Shown here: positions 26,071 through 35,984 of the stretch, piece by piece
How the letters are laid out: each line of letters opens with the position of its first letter
Numbering within the stretch: the stretch's first letter is position 1
NCBI GenBank assembly: GCA_964510085.1
Contig: CAZEAB010000001.1
Coordinates: 5,753 to 69,752 of the forward strand
DNA from: an uncultured Methanosarcinales archaeon
GTDB lineage: Archaea; Nanobdellota; Nanobdellia; Woesearchaeales; GW2011-AR9
Direction of reading: 5' to 3'
Length of the DNA: 64,000 nucleotides
The notes under the pieces: generated by a model
Seen by the model: only the letters and a program-made list of their open reading frames with translations
What the model was told of the DNA's origin: nothing
Database searches by the model: none
Position numbers and translations under genes: made by a program

Positions 26071-26187
26071 TGGGGCGACCGCCGAGAATTGAACTCGGAT
26101 CTCAAGCTTTCCGCAGGAAAGTTCCAAAAGTTAATGGACTTTTGATATTCCACAGGCTTGAATACTAACCGTTATACCACGGTCGCC
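26071..26187 (-). tRNA. tRNA-His(GUG), GC-rich acceptor stem, 41-nt intron at 37/38, encoded CCA
   Basis: Manual fold. G-1; acceptor GCGACCG/CGGUCGC; U8; D loop AACGGUUA. Anticodon stem CAAGC/GCUUG, loop CU-GUG-G|intron|A. 4-nt variable loop. T arm CCGAG-UUCAAUU-CUCGG; C73-CCA, followed by a T5 run. Confidence 0.8.
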
Positions 26188-26212
26188 ATAATAAATACTA
26201 AAACGATAACCC

Positions 26213-26221
26213 ATTTAAAAA
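26213..26221 (-). promoter_or_regulatory. Candidate TATA box for the tRNA-His (26071..26187) gene
   Basis: TTTTTAAAT on the minus strand, about 26 nt upstream of G-1. Confidence 0.4.
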
Positions 26222-26227
26222 GATTAC

Positions 26228-27655
26228 CTAAATCATCAATACTTTCTGACGTCTTCCCATAGTTACTTTAATTTTATGGGTATACCCTAAGAATTCTCCA
26301 GCAACTTGTAAAGGAAATTTGTTGTCGCATTCTATGATTAATTCGCTTGCTTTAAATGCTTTAAGAGGTGGTTTATACATACCAATTAAACCCATAAAGA
26401 AACTCATTAATCTCACAACTTTATTTGACCTCATTGAATGAACATTAATTGTAGCTAAACCAAGAAACTTTTTATCATCAGATTCTATAGATCCTAAAAG
26501 AGCACGCATTCCAAAACCCAAGTAAGGAATTTTACCTGCAGTTATTGTGACCACATTATCCCACTTTTGTTCTCTACCATCTATCTTTAATGAAAGGTCA
26601 TACCTAGATGGTTTTGATGCAAACATCTTTATTGTTGCAGAAACATAATCAGAAAAACCACCACCTACTGTTCGTTCTTGTTCATTAAATTTTACGACAT
26701 CAGCATCCATACCTAAACTAAGAAGGGTTGTTTCAACTGTACCTTTATCCCATTCTAAATTTAGTGCATCTAATTCAACTTCATCAAATGTAAATCTGTT
26801 CCTTAGATATTCGAACTTCTTACCTCGATAAAAATAGGAGTAAAACGCATTTCCAGCACCTAAAGGAAAGAATCCTAACGATTTATTATTGAAAATGGTA
26901 TGATTTAATGCAGCTTCAAAAGAACCATCTCCTCCTGCAATAATAACGTGGTCATACTCCTTAATCTTTGGACCAATTCCTGCAAACATATCTCCCTTCT
27001 TTGATAAAATAATTGTTTTTGCTTTTCTTTTTTTTGCAAATTTTCGTAATAACCGTCTTCGATATCTGTGTGCATATCCTCTCGATTTTGTATTTACTAA
27101 AATAACCATATTCTCATGTTCTACTTTTCTACCAGTTTTCCTTCTACGACGTAATTTCATTGTATAGACAAACGCATGATGAACGATTGATAGTACTGCC
27201 ATGACTGACGAGAAAAGTATGAAAATGATCTTCAAATTTGGGAAAACGAATAATGATAAATCAGTAAATAGAATACTAAATATAATCCCAAACTGTAAAT
27301 AAGTCATTACCTTGCTAAAGATATCAAACCTAACAATGGCATCATCTCGTGCTCCCATCCATTTAATCCACGTAACTACAATATCCCTTGCTACGAACAA
27401 TAAAAGAAATCCCCCATGAAATTCATTTTGTAAGTAAAATACCACCAGCAATCCAATGATAAATATTTTATGTGAGAACGGATCTAAGATTGACCGTATT
27501 TCACCTTTCTTATGAAGGTATTCATGAAGAAATTCTGATAGGAATGCAAGCACTAATAATGAAGTTGCTAACACAATTCTTCCTTGATTAAGGAAGTAAA
27601 TTATCACTGGTAATAGAAGAATCCTTACTATTGCGATTGTACTTGCTATACTCAT
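26228..27655 (-). CDS. Membrane-anchored lipid kinase: degenerate CDP-alcohol-phosphatidyltransferase-like N-domain + diacylglycerol-kinase catalytic (DAGK_cat/YegS-like) domain
   Basis: N-terminal TM region resembles PgsA-type proteins, but the DxxDGxxAR..D motif reads 'SEFLHEYLHKK...LDPFSHK'. The C-terminal half carries 'VIIAGGDGSFEAAL' (GGDG lipid-kinase signature). Confidence 0.6.
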   Translation of the reverse strand: MSIASTIAIVRILLLPVIIYFLNQGRIVLATSLLVLAFLSEFLHEYLHKKGEIRSILDPFSHKIFIIGLLVVFYLQNEFHGGFLLLFVARDIVVTWIKWMGARDDAIVRFDIFSKVMTYLQFGIIFSILFTDLSLFVFPNLKIIFILFSSVMAVLSIVHHAFVYTMKLRRRRKTGRKVEHENMVILVNTKSRGYAHRYRRRLLRKFAKKRKAKTIILSKKGDMFAGIGPKIKEYDHVIIAGGDGSFEAALNHTIFNNKSLGFFPLGAGNAFYSYFYRGKKFEYLRNRFTFDEVELDALNLEWDKGTVETTLLSLGMDADVVKFNEQERTVGGGFSDYVSATIKMFASKPSRYDLSLKIDGREQKWDNVVTITAGKIPYLGFGMRALLGSIESDDKKFLGLATINVHSMRSNKVVRLMSFFMGLIGMYKPPLKAFKASELIIECDNKFPLQVAGEFLGYTHKIKVTMGRRQKVLMI

Positions 27656-27694
27656 TTATGTAAAAAAGACGATTTTGTTTAAAAAACCTACCAC

Positions 27695-29236
27695 TCATTT
27701 CTTCCCAGCCAGTATAACATCATCTATCCGAAGAATCATTTCTGCGACATCTGTTGCTGATGTTAATGCCTGCGTTTTTACCTTCAACGGTTCCAAGATT
27801 CCTTTAGACCAAGCATCTATCATCTCTCCTGTAAAGACATCTATACCTATCCAAGACTTTTCAGAATGTGCTGAACGTAACTTTGTTATTACATCTATTG
27901 GATCTAATCCACCATTCTCTGCGAGAGTTCGAGGAATCATTTCTAATGTCTCTGCATATGCTTCTACAGCTAATTGCTCTCTTCCAGACAAACTACGTGC
28001 ATACAAACGTAACCCTTTTGCTACTTCCATTTCTACAGAACCTGCACCTGCAACTATCTTTCCATCTTTAATTGCAGATGAAACATCTCCAAGAGCGTCT
28101 GTTACAGCTCTTTTAATCTCCTCAGCAACATGTTCTGTACTTCCATTTAATAACAAGGTAACAGCTTTTGGGTTTGAACATTGTTCAATAAGAACCATTT
28201 CTTCTTCAGCGATTTTAACTTGCCTTACCATCCCAGCTTTTCCTAAATCACTAGCAGTAACTTCCTTCCAATTATTCACAATCTTTCCACCAGTTGCTCT
28301 TGCTAATCTTTCCATGTCACTTTTCTTGATACGTCTACACGCCATTATTCCCATTTTTGAAAGGAAATGTTGAGCTAGTTCATCTATACCCTTCTGAGAA
28401 CATACTACTCTCGCACCAGTTGATGCAATTGTATCAACCATCTGTCGTAACGATTTTTCTTCCTGTTCCAAAAATTGATTTAATTGAGAAGGGTCTGTGA
28501 TTTGTATCTTAGCATCTATTTCAGTATTTCGAATTTCTAAAGGCGAATTTAATAATACGATTGAAGCATGTTCAACAGAAGTAGGCATTTCTGGATGTAC
28601 CCGTTCTTTATCTAATACAATTCCCTCAACTAGTTGATGAGAACCTTCTCCAACAACGTACTCTACTTTAATGTCATCTAATTCAATATTTCGTTGTAAT
28701 GCTTTTACTACCAATTCAGCTAATGGCCCTTTACGAACTTCTGTTCCTTTTCCGGTCATTGCCGTCATTGCAATGTTTTGTAATAATTGCGTATCTTGAG
28801 AAGAAACTGGTTGTGCTAATGAACGCAAAATTCTCTGTGCTTCTGCTTCAGCTAACCTATAGCCTTTTGCAAGTACGGTTGGGTGAATTTTTTGATCTAA
28901 CAATAATTCTGCTTTCGTAAGCAATTCACCTGCAATAATAACTGCAGTAGTAGTTCCGTCACCTACCGCTGTTTCTTGCGTCTTTGCAACTTCTACCACC
29001 ATTTTCGCTGCAGGATGTTCTATATGCATTTCATTAAGGATAGTCACACCATCATTTGTAACAGTCACATCTCCTGCAGAATCTACTAACATTTTATCCA
29101 TTCCTTTAGGGCCAAGAGTAGTACGAACTGTTTGCGCTACAGCCTTCGCAGCCATTATGTTATTTCGTTGAGCGTCTTTCCCTGTTTCCCTCTTCGTATC
29201 TTCAGGAAGGATATAGATTGGTTGTGGTTCTGACAT
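27695..29236 (-). CDS. thsA: Thermosome subunit (group II chaperonin)
   Basis: '[13 protein letters not shown]', '[11 protein letters not shown]', '[10 protein letters not shown]', '[10 protein letters not shown]'. Confidence 0.95.
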   Translation of the reverse strand: MSEPQPIYILPEDTKRETGKDAQRNNIMAAKAVAQTVRTTLGPKGMDKMLVDSAGDVTVTNDGVTILNEMHIEHPAAKMVVEVAKTQETAVGDGTTTAVIIAGELLTKAELLLDQKIHPTVLAKGYRLAEAEAQRILRSLAQPVSSQDTQLLQNIAMTAMTGKGTEVRKGPLAELVVKALQRNIELDDIKVEYVVGEGSHQLVEGIVLDKERVHPEMPTSVEHASIVLLNSPLEIRNTEIDAKIQITDPSQLNQFLEQEEKSLRQMVDTIASTGARVVCSQKGIDELAQHFLSKMGIMACRRIKKSDMERLARATGGKIVNNWKEVTASDLGKAGMVRQVKIAEEEMVLIEQCSNPKAVTLLLNGSTEHVAEEIKRAVTDALGDVSSAIKDGKIVAGAGSVEMEVAKGLRLYARSLSGREQLAVEAYAETLEMIPRTLAENGGLDPIDVITKLRSAHSEKSWIGIDVFTGEMIDAWSKGILEPLKVKTQALTSATDVAEMILRIDDVILAGKK

Positions 29237-29348
29237 AGTATTTTCGGGATATTTTAGTTATATAAAGATTGTGGATACACAAAATATCAATAGAACTACT
29301 ACATCCGATTACAACAATCTTTATTAACAAGAAAACGTAAAAAAATCC

Positions 29349-30155
29349 ATGTCTCGTATTATATTCTTAGGTACATCTGGAAGTATGGCTGTAACGTCTA
29401 AAGGATTACGTAAATCTGGAGGGATTATAATCCAAGCAAATGATGTTCAACTTCATATAGATCCAGGGCCAGGTTCTTTACAATCAGCAAAAGATTTTGG
29501 AGTTAACCCAAGCCATACACATGGCATATTAGTATCTCATAACCACATTAACCATTGTAATGATCTTAATGCTATGATTGATACCATTACTCATTCTGGA
29601 ATAGAACAACGAGGAGTTGTATTAGCAGCAAAGTCTGTTGTAAAGTCAACTGATGAGAGTATTCCATTTATTACTAAATATCATAAAAATCTTGTAGAGA
29701 AAATAATTCCTCTAGAAAAGAGCCATAAAGTTGGTATCGAACTAGTAGAAATTCATGCACTTCCTGCAGAACATTCAGACCCAAGCGCTATTGGGTTTAA
29801 GATACATTGTCCTAAATTTACAGTAAGTTATACTGGTGATACAAAATTAACAGATGATTTGTTACAAAGTTTGGCTGGAAGTGATTTTGTGATATTAAAC
29901 GTTCCATATCCTCGAGGAAGAGAATCTGAAAAGAGTCTTAATACAGATGATGCTATTAAAATAATCTCCCATGTACGTCCTAGATTAGCTATCATAACTC
30001 ATTTTGGATTAGAGATGATAAAAGCAGATCCGTTACAAGAAGCAAGAGATATTCAACGTATTACTGGCGTGCAAACCATTGCAGCGAAAGATGGATTAGC
30101 AATAGCACCTCAAGGGTATGGGGAATATAAAAGTCCTATTAAGGGATATGATTGA
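29349..30155 (+). CDS. MBL-fold metallo-hydrolase
   Basis: 'ILVSHNHINHCND' (HxHxDH-like), 'YTGDT', 'IITHF'. Confidence 0.65.
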   Translation: MSRIIFLGTSGSMAVTSKGLRKSGGIIIQANDVQLHIDPGPGSLQSAKDFGVNPSHTHGILVSHNHINHCNDLNAMIDTITHSGIEQRGVVLAAKSVVKSTDESIPFITKYHKNLVEKIIPLEKSHKVGIELVEIHALPAEHSDPSAIGFKIHCPKFTVSYTGDTKLTDDLLQSLAGSDFVILNVPYPRGRESEKSLNTDDAIKIISHVRPRLAIITHFGLEMIKADPLQEARDIQRITGVQTIAAKDGLAIAPQGYGEYKSPIKGYD

Positions 30156-30208
30156 GTAAGATTGTAAGCCGCTCCAATATGTGAGCGTTTCTAAGATTAA
30201 ACTTTAAT

Positions 30209-30243
30209 TGTGACAGGGGGAAGGCCCCTCCGGGGATGTCACA
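30209..30243. terminator. GC-rich hairpin between convergent genes
   Basis: TGTGACA-GGGGGAAGGCCCCTCCGGGGA-TGTCACA. The inner sequence can form either GGGG/CCCC or CCCC/GGGG. Confidence 0.4.
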
Positions 30244-30293
30244 TTAGAATTCCACCATACTGAAAGTGAACCGGAACTGCTTACAAAAGTAAG

Positions 30294-31160
30294 TTAAATC
30301 AACATCTGCAATATCCAAACAACTCCTAACCCAACAAAACAACCCACTCCAATAAAAGGCATAGCTGGATAAAATTTCTTCTCACTTCCAAACCATAAAA
30401 GATATGCTAAACCGCCCATTGCAAATAACGGAATAAGTAACGATTGCCATAAACCAACATCTTTCATAACAATACCTGCAAAGATTAACGGGAACGCTAT
30501 ATCTCCCCCACCAAGCATTGCTACTCTTACCTTTACTGGTGGACCTTTTCTCTTTACTTTCTTTTTTCTTTTAATAGAATACGGAACAAGTAAACCAGCA
30601 AAGACCTTTGCCTTAGATTGAGATTTCGCTAACGTAATCATATGTTTAGATTTCCAGACAGCGTATGCATCATAAATTGCGATTAGTATTAAAAGAATTG
30701 AAACCGATTGAAGATTAAACCACGGAAATACTAACGTAGCAATACCCCCATAAATAAATAATTCTGTTCCAGTATGAACCCAGAAGTTATCTCTAAACAC
30801 CTTCCAAATTGCAAATACTAACGCTATTAGAAATGCAATACCTTCTCCTACAAATGGTGCAAATGCAAACGTTAACGCACCAAGAACCGCTAACAGAAAC
30901 CAAATTCTCCAAATCCAATTAAGATTAAACTTGATGATAAGTAAAGCGATACCTGTTCCAATTAATATTAATATAATAAAGAAGAACGGCATGTTAGTAT
31001 CTGAAACAGGAGCTTCTACATCTGGTTCTAGGAATACTAAATTATCTGCAGAACTTTCTTGAAGATTTACATGATCATAATATACGATACCTAGACCAAT
31101 AAATTGTGCTAATAAGAATATAGCAAGCATGATTCCTACAATCTTCTTAGAATGTTTCAT
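30294..31160 (-). CDS. Presenilin / signal-peptide-peptidase homolog (A22 intramembrane aspartyl protease)
   Basis: 'AIYDAYAVW' (YD), 'MLGGGDIAFP' (GxGD), 'YPAMPFI' (PAL-like); about 9 TM segments. Confidence 0.8.
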   Translation of the reverse strand: MKHSKKIVGIMLAIFLLAQFIGLGIVYYDHVNLQESSADNLVFLEPDVEAPVSDTNMPFFFIILILIGTGIALLIIKFNLNWIWRIWFLLAVLGALTFAFAPFVGEGIAFLIALVFAIWKVFRDNFWVHTGTELFIYGGIATLVFPWFNLQSVSILLILIAIYDAYAVWKSKHMITLAKSQSKAKVFAGLLVPYSIKRKKKVKRKGPPVKVRVAMLGGGDIAFPLIFAGIVMKDVGLWQSLLIPLFAMGGLAYLLWFGSEKKFYPAMPFIGVGCFVGLGVVWILQMLI

Positions 31161-31190
31161 GAAGGAAGGAAGTTGGAGGGGGTTATAAAA

Positions 31191-32699
31191 TTATCCAAAA
31201 TAACTTCCATCCATTTCAAACGATTCCTTCTCAATCTTAGCATACTCCTTAAACAAGGGTATCTTAATCGGAACAGCAAACCGAGTAAAAGTACTAGAAA
31301 CTAACGCTTCACCTTTATCCAGCGATGCTATATTACGATTATCTGCACTTAAATCTTGTGGTGCTGATTCAATAATGGCTTGCCGTTCTGTATTCATTTC
31401 CATTCCTAAAATAATCTTCGTATTCATATTTGCTAAAATGTTCTTAGGAATTTCTGAAGGAATCTGTGTAATGGCAATTAACCCAACTTTAAACTTTCTA
31501 CCTTCTCGTGCTATGGAATCAAACACATTACTGCCTCTCTCCAACACTTTCTTACCCAATACTCGGGGGGCTTCTTCTAATACAACACTTACCACAGGTT
31601 TTTCATCTAACTGACCAATTCTTTTGTAATATTTATACTTATCAAAAATTTCTCCCGTAATTAAACTGCCAACTAAAACTTCAACAGCTCCAGAAAAGAA
31701 ACTAGTATCAATAATTACAATTTTACCCTCTTCTAAATCCTTACAAATATTTGAAATAGTATTCTCTCCAGCAATTGTATCAAATATTCCCGTACATTGC
31801 ATCTGCCCGTTTACAAAATCTAAACCTAATAAACCAATCAACTTTCTCTTCACAACAGCTAGTGTATCTTCATGGAATCGAACATTCTCTATTTTCTCTT
31901 CTCGTAATAACGCATCTATCCACTCTTCTCCAAATTTCTTGTAATAAACATGAAAACATTGACGTTGTGGGTCTGATAACGAAATAGCGCCAGCAAAATG
32001 TTCCGGTTTTAATCTCCGAACATTTATTTTCAAGCTCATAGCACCAGGAGGTGGATTAACAGGAGTATAATATCTAACATTTTCTTTCTTAAGATGGTCC
32101 TTCAACCCAAATCCCGTACGACCATAATATTCGTCATGAGGATCTAATACTAACATGCCAGTATAATTTTTATCAATCAAATTCCATAAAATACAACTCA
32201 TTAAATTACTCTTTCCTTTTCCAGTAGATGCTGGAATTAATACGTGATGACTTAATACTTCCTTCCCTGGAATAAAAATGTCGAAATCCATTTCCTTACT
32301 TCCACTTCGTAACTTTCCTAAATAAAAAGGATCTTGAGGTTTTGTAATAAATGCTAAATCTTCCTTTGTAATTTCCCGTACTTTTCTGAAGAATCCTGGT
32401 AATTTCTTACATGTTTTATTACCTTTCAAGTTTAAGATTGGTTTTAGAAACGCCAATTGATAATTACGTAAAGAAGAATCCATTATAGAGAAATCTCCTT
32501 CCTCAAGATTCATTCCAGCAACCATCTCCAGATTTTGAGAAGATATTTGACTCCCATATTCAAGGTCATACACTTGCAGAATGAATTTGTCTTGATTATC
32601 TTCAATAACAACTAACTCTCCCAGTTCAATACTATTTTCTTGCTTTACTCGCATGACAATCTTACTAAAATCTCCCGCAACTACTTGGCCTTTAATCAT
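31191..32699 (-). CDS. HerA/DUF87-type P-loop ATPase
   Basis: N-terminal barrel-like domain, Walker A '[11 protein letters not shown]', Walker B '[11 protein letters not shown]', 'VVLEEAP', '[11 protein letters not shown]'. Confidence 0.75.
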   Translation of the reverse strand: MIKGQVVAGDFSKIVMRVKQENSIELGELVVIEDNQDKFILQVYDLEYGSQISSQNLEMVAGMNLEEGDFSIMDSSLRNYQLAFLKPILNLKGNKTCKKLPGFFRKVREITKEDLAFITKPQDPFYLGKLRSGSKEMDFDIFIPGKEVLSHHVLIPASTGKGKSNLMSCILWNLIDKNYTGMLVLDPHDEYYGRTGFGLKDHLKKENVRYYTPVNPPPGAMSLKINVRRLKPEHFAGAISLSDPQRQCFHVYYKKFGEEWIDALLREEKIENVRFHEDTLAVVKRKLIGLLGLDFVNGQMQCTGIFDTIAGENTISNICKDLEEGKIVIIDTSFFSGAVEVLVGSLITGEIFDKYKYYKRIGQLDEKPVVSVVLEEAPRVLGKKVLERGSNVFDSIAREGRKFKVGLIAITQIPSEIPKNILANMNTKIILGMEMNTERQAIIESAPQDLSADNRNIASLDKGEALVSSTFTRFAVPIKIPLFKEYAKIEKESFEMDGSYFG

Positions 32700-32775
32700 A
32701 GTGAAATTGAATTGATTTTGTTTTTAAGAATTTAGATAGTGAAGAGTTATAAAGTGACTAAAGAAAAATGAGATA

Positions 32776-33529
32776 ATGAGAACAGATCAAGAACAACTTG
32801 AAATTTACAGACAAATTGCGAAGGAAACATGGAGAAGTCCAGAAACATTTGTGTTACATTTAGGTAAATTTGGACATTTCTGGTATCCCGGACATAAAGG
32901 AAGGAAATTTACTGATGAAGATCACCCTCACTTTGGAAAATGTTTAGGTGGTATTACAGATCCTGGTGGAAGAATTTATTTTTGGAGATGATTCCCCAGA
33001 AAGAGAAGAAGCACGAGCAAATCTTGCAAAGGAGTATAAAATTCATTTAATGCCTCAACCAGAGTATACCTTTGCAGTGACAAGAAGAATATGTGAACAT
33101 TTGCGAGATGATTCAACGTTAAATGATGCAGTTGCGGGTTTTAAAGTCAAATTAAATCCTGACACAATTCAACATGGTGACCAAGTACTTCCAGTCGTTG
33201 TCATATATTCAATGTTAGGGAGAGATAATGCACAAGTAGTATTAGACAGAATATATCATGCATTCCCAGAACATAGAAGAATTGGGCGAAATGTAACACC
33301 GCGAGATAACAGACGGATTAATAATTTGATATATTGGGCTCAATCAGGTGGAGATTTAAAACATAAGTATCGTGGATTTAAGAAAAGAAACACACAATTT
33401 TCTGATACAGGAAGCCATTTTCGAGGCGAGGAAAATAGATTACGACATCCTGGAACAAAAGCAGAATGGTTAGTCCAAACCATTGTTGGGAGAATGTCAA
33501 GTGTATTTGCACAAACTTCACCAGAATAG
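32776..33529 (+). pseudogene. Hypothetical about 250-aa protein split by a +1 frameshift in a T5 run (32979-32983); weakly HopA1/phospholyase-like
   Basis: ORF 32776..32991 ends '..GGRIYFWR*'. ORF 32948..33529 continues as '..IFGDDSPEREE..'. Removing one T joins them as '..GGRIYFGDDSPE..'. Composition is less AT-rich than the neighbours. Confidence 0.5.
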
Positions 33530-33579
33530 GTATTGTTAAGAATATAAATTGTTATTAATCAAAATCTTTCATTTAGTGT

Positions 33580-33849
33580 ATGTTCAATAAGAAAATTGAC
33601 TTATTTCTAATGGGGTTGGTTTACTCAATAATTTTAGGATCATTAGTTTATATTTGGAAAGATTATAGAGATTTGTTTCTTTTTTTACAAATTATAACTC
33701 TTCCTGCAATATATTACATTGGTTATGAAATTTTAATGGAAAAGCAAAAGAAAAATTTTAAGAGTGGTTATAATAAAGTTAAAAAAGAGTTACAAATAAT
33801 TAATTTAAAACAAGAGTTATTGAAAGAAAAAACCAAAAAAATTAAATAA
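33580..33849 (+). CDS. Small membrane protein (2 TM + K-rich tail)
   Basis: Two hydrophobic helices followed by a lysine-rich helix; no recognisable motif. Confidence 0.4.
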   Translation: MFNKKIDLFLMGLVYSIILGSLVYIWKDYRDLFLFLQIITLPAIYYIGYEILMEKQKKNFKSGYNKVKKELQIINLKQELLKEKTKKIK

Positions 33850-34041
33850 ACTTTTATCTTCAATTATTAAAATGGTCCAAAAAACAAAAAAGAGAAGTAC
33901 TTTACGTGAAGATGTTCTGAAATTTCTTAGTGAAACGTCTGATTCTATGAAAACTATAAATAAAGAGATGGATAAACTTGGTCATTTAATCTCAAAATTA
34001 TAACCGTTACTTTTATAAAGAACTGCTAAACCTAGCTTTGT

Positions 34042-34299
34042 ATGAGTGAAGCAATCGTAATGCATTTCAGGCAAGGACGCCACCATGTTAATCCACATCA
34101 GATGATTCTAAAGGTAGCAGATACACCAGAAGAAGCTGAAAAAACTATTGGGAAAACTGTAACATGGACTTCTCCTGCTGGAAAAGTTATTACAGGTAAA
34201 ATTTCTGCTTTACATGGCCGAAAAGGTAATGTTCGAGCAATTTTCGCTGAAAAAGGTTTGCCTGGACAAGCTCTTGGCAAAAAAGTTACAGTTAATTAA
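34042..34299 (+). CDS. rpl35ae: Ribosomal protein eL33 (L35Ae)
   Basis: 'GKISALHGRKGNVRAIFAEKGLPGQALGKKV' is characteristic of the L35Ae C-terminus; 85 aa. Confidence 0.8.
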   Translation: MSEAIVMHFRQGRHHVNPHQMILKVADTPEEAEKTIGKTVTWTSPAGKVITGKISALHGRKGNVRAIFAEKGLPGQALGKKVTVN

Positions 34300-34358
34300 T
34301 TGTTTTTTATAGTGCATAAACTTATATACCTTAATTCTTTTTCTACAAGTGGTAATAG

Positions 34359-35984
34359 ATGGCAAAAAAGAGCCAAACGATATTCATCGTCCTAGTAGTA
34401 CTAGCAGTAATTGCAGTGGGAGCTCTCCAAATAAAGAACTTACCAAGCGGAGAACTACAAACTTTGCTCAATCTTGCTTCTTCAGGAACATTCTGGATAA
34501 ACTTTGCAATTATTGGAGTTTTAGCTTACGCATTTGCTAATTTCATACCACCATTAAACAAGAATAAAGAAACGAAGACGCAAGTAATAATTGGGATTAT
34601 TGTTGTTGGTTTTTCATTATTTATGGCATATTACCTTGGAAAATCTGAACCAAGCACGCTTGTATATAATTCTCAACACGTGAAATGGATTTTATTTGAT
34701 AGTAACGGAGATTTCACAATAAAACAGATTGCAAATATAGCATTCTTCTGGGGATTGTTTACAATTGCGGGTCCGTTTTTCTTTGACAAATTAAAACAAC
34801 TTAAAGATCAATCAAACGGAACGACAAATCTTGTATTTATAATTGTCATGATTGGATTAAGTATAGGAATGGCATCAAATATAGCACCAAATGCATTCTG
34901 GGAAGAACCTACATTTCTTGAAGCAGAACATTATTTGCTTGGAGCAAGACAAAGTGGTGCATTTCTAGGACATTCTGGGACATATACTGATGATGGAAAA
35001 ACAAAATTTGGAATTCTGTATCCAATGAAGATTACTGTAACAGAAAAAGGATTTTTTACTGATAGCACAAGTACCACAAGACCTATTGGAACATTCTTCT
35101 TAGGCCTTATTTCATTTGGTCTCATTTTTATGTTCATTAGTGCAAAATTTAACCTTGGAAATATGGGTGGGTTTCAAAAATTTGTTATTACCGTTGTTGC
35201 TGCAGAGTATGCAAATACAGGTTCGTCCTTTGGATTACTTTTCTGGATGGTGTGGTTAGGGATTGCGCTATCTGTGGGATTTGCTATTCAGAAATCTATC
35301 AAGATAAAATTAATAGCAACATGGGTTGGTTTAATGGCTGCAGACTTTGCATTTGAATTAATTCCATTTGATCTTGGAGTTGGATGGATTCCCCCAATAT
35401 TCCCAGAAAATCTTATTGCAAAGGCAGTCGTTTCGTTTATTGTAGCAATGGTTCTTACCGTTGCAATGGACACAGCAAAGTTTGGATATAAAGCAATAGC
35501 TAAAATTAGAATTTGTAAAGAATGTGGTCAGAAGGTTGAGAACAGAAAAATTAATGGTAAGTATGTTTGTTCTAAATGTAGTTATGAATGTCAAACATGT
35601 GGAGAAAGAGGAACATTACAAGTAACGCAAGGAAGAATTTGTGTTAATAGCAATTGTAACTTACATGGAAAAAATGTAAATCAAGCAACATGTCCTACGT
35701 GTGGTGTAGCAACGACACAACAAAATCAAGAACGTATTTGGTGTAACAAATGTAATAAGGCCATTATCAATGACATTGAAACAACCGAAGTAGAAGGGTT
35801 AGAAGTACTTGGAGCACAATGGGGAATGAAACTAGGTCCGGCAGCAGCAAGTGGAATTGTAAAAGGGGCGAAAAGTGCTGGAGGATTTTTTAAGAAGAAA
35901 GCTGCAAGTTTATGGAGTAAATTAAGAAAGAATAAAAATGCGCAAAGTGATGCTCTTACTAATATGCGGGGTGGTGTTGCATGA
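34359..35984 (+). CDS. Polytopic membrane protein with C-terminal cluster of zinc-ribbon (CxxC) motifs
   Basis: About 9 hydrophobic segments, then 'CKECG..CSKCSYECQTCG..CVNSNCNLHG..CPTCG..WCNKCNK' and a K-rich tail. Confidence 0.6.
   Translation: MAKKSQTIFIVLVVLAVIAVGALQIKNLPSGELQTLLNLASSGTFWINFAIIGVLAYAFANFIPPLNKNKETKTQVIIGIIVVGFSLFMAYYLGKSEPSTLVYNSQHVKWILFDSNGDFTIKQIANIAFFWGLFTIAGPFFFDKLKQLKDQSNGTTNLVFIIVMIGLSIGMASNIAPNAFWEEPTFLEAEHYLLGARQSGAFLGHSGTYTDDGKTKFGILYPMKITVTEKGFFTDSTSTTRPIGTFFLGLISFGLIFMFISAKFNLGNMGGFQKFVITVVAAEYANTGSSFGLLFWMVWLGIALSVGFAIQKSIKIKLIATWVGLMAADFAFELIPFDLGVGWIPPIFPENLIAKAVVSFIVAMVLTVAMDTAKFGYKAIAKIRICKECGQKVENRKINGKYVCSKCSYECQTCGERGTLQVTQGRICVNSNCNLHGKNVNQATCPTCGVATTQQNQERIWCNKCNKAIINDIETTEVEGLEVLGAQWGMKLGPAAASGIVKGAKSAGGFFKKKAASLWSKLRKNKNAQSDALTNMRGGVA

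Noticed and set aside
27675-28373. 232-aa plus-strand ORF
   Set aside because: It is antisense shadow of the thermosome gene, with low-complexity S/T/A/I composition.
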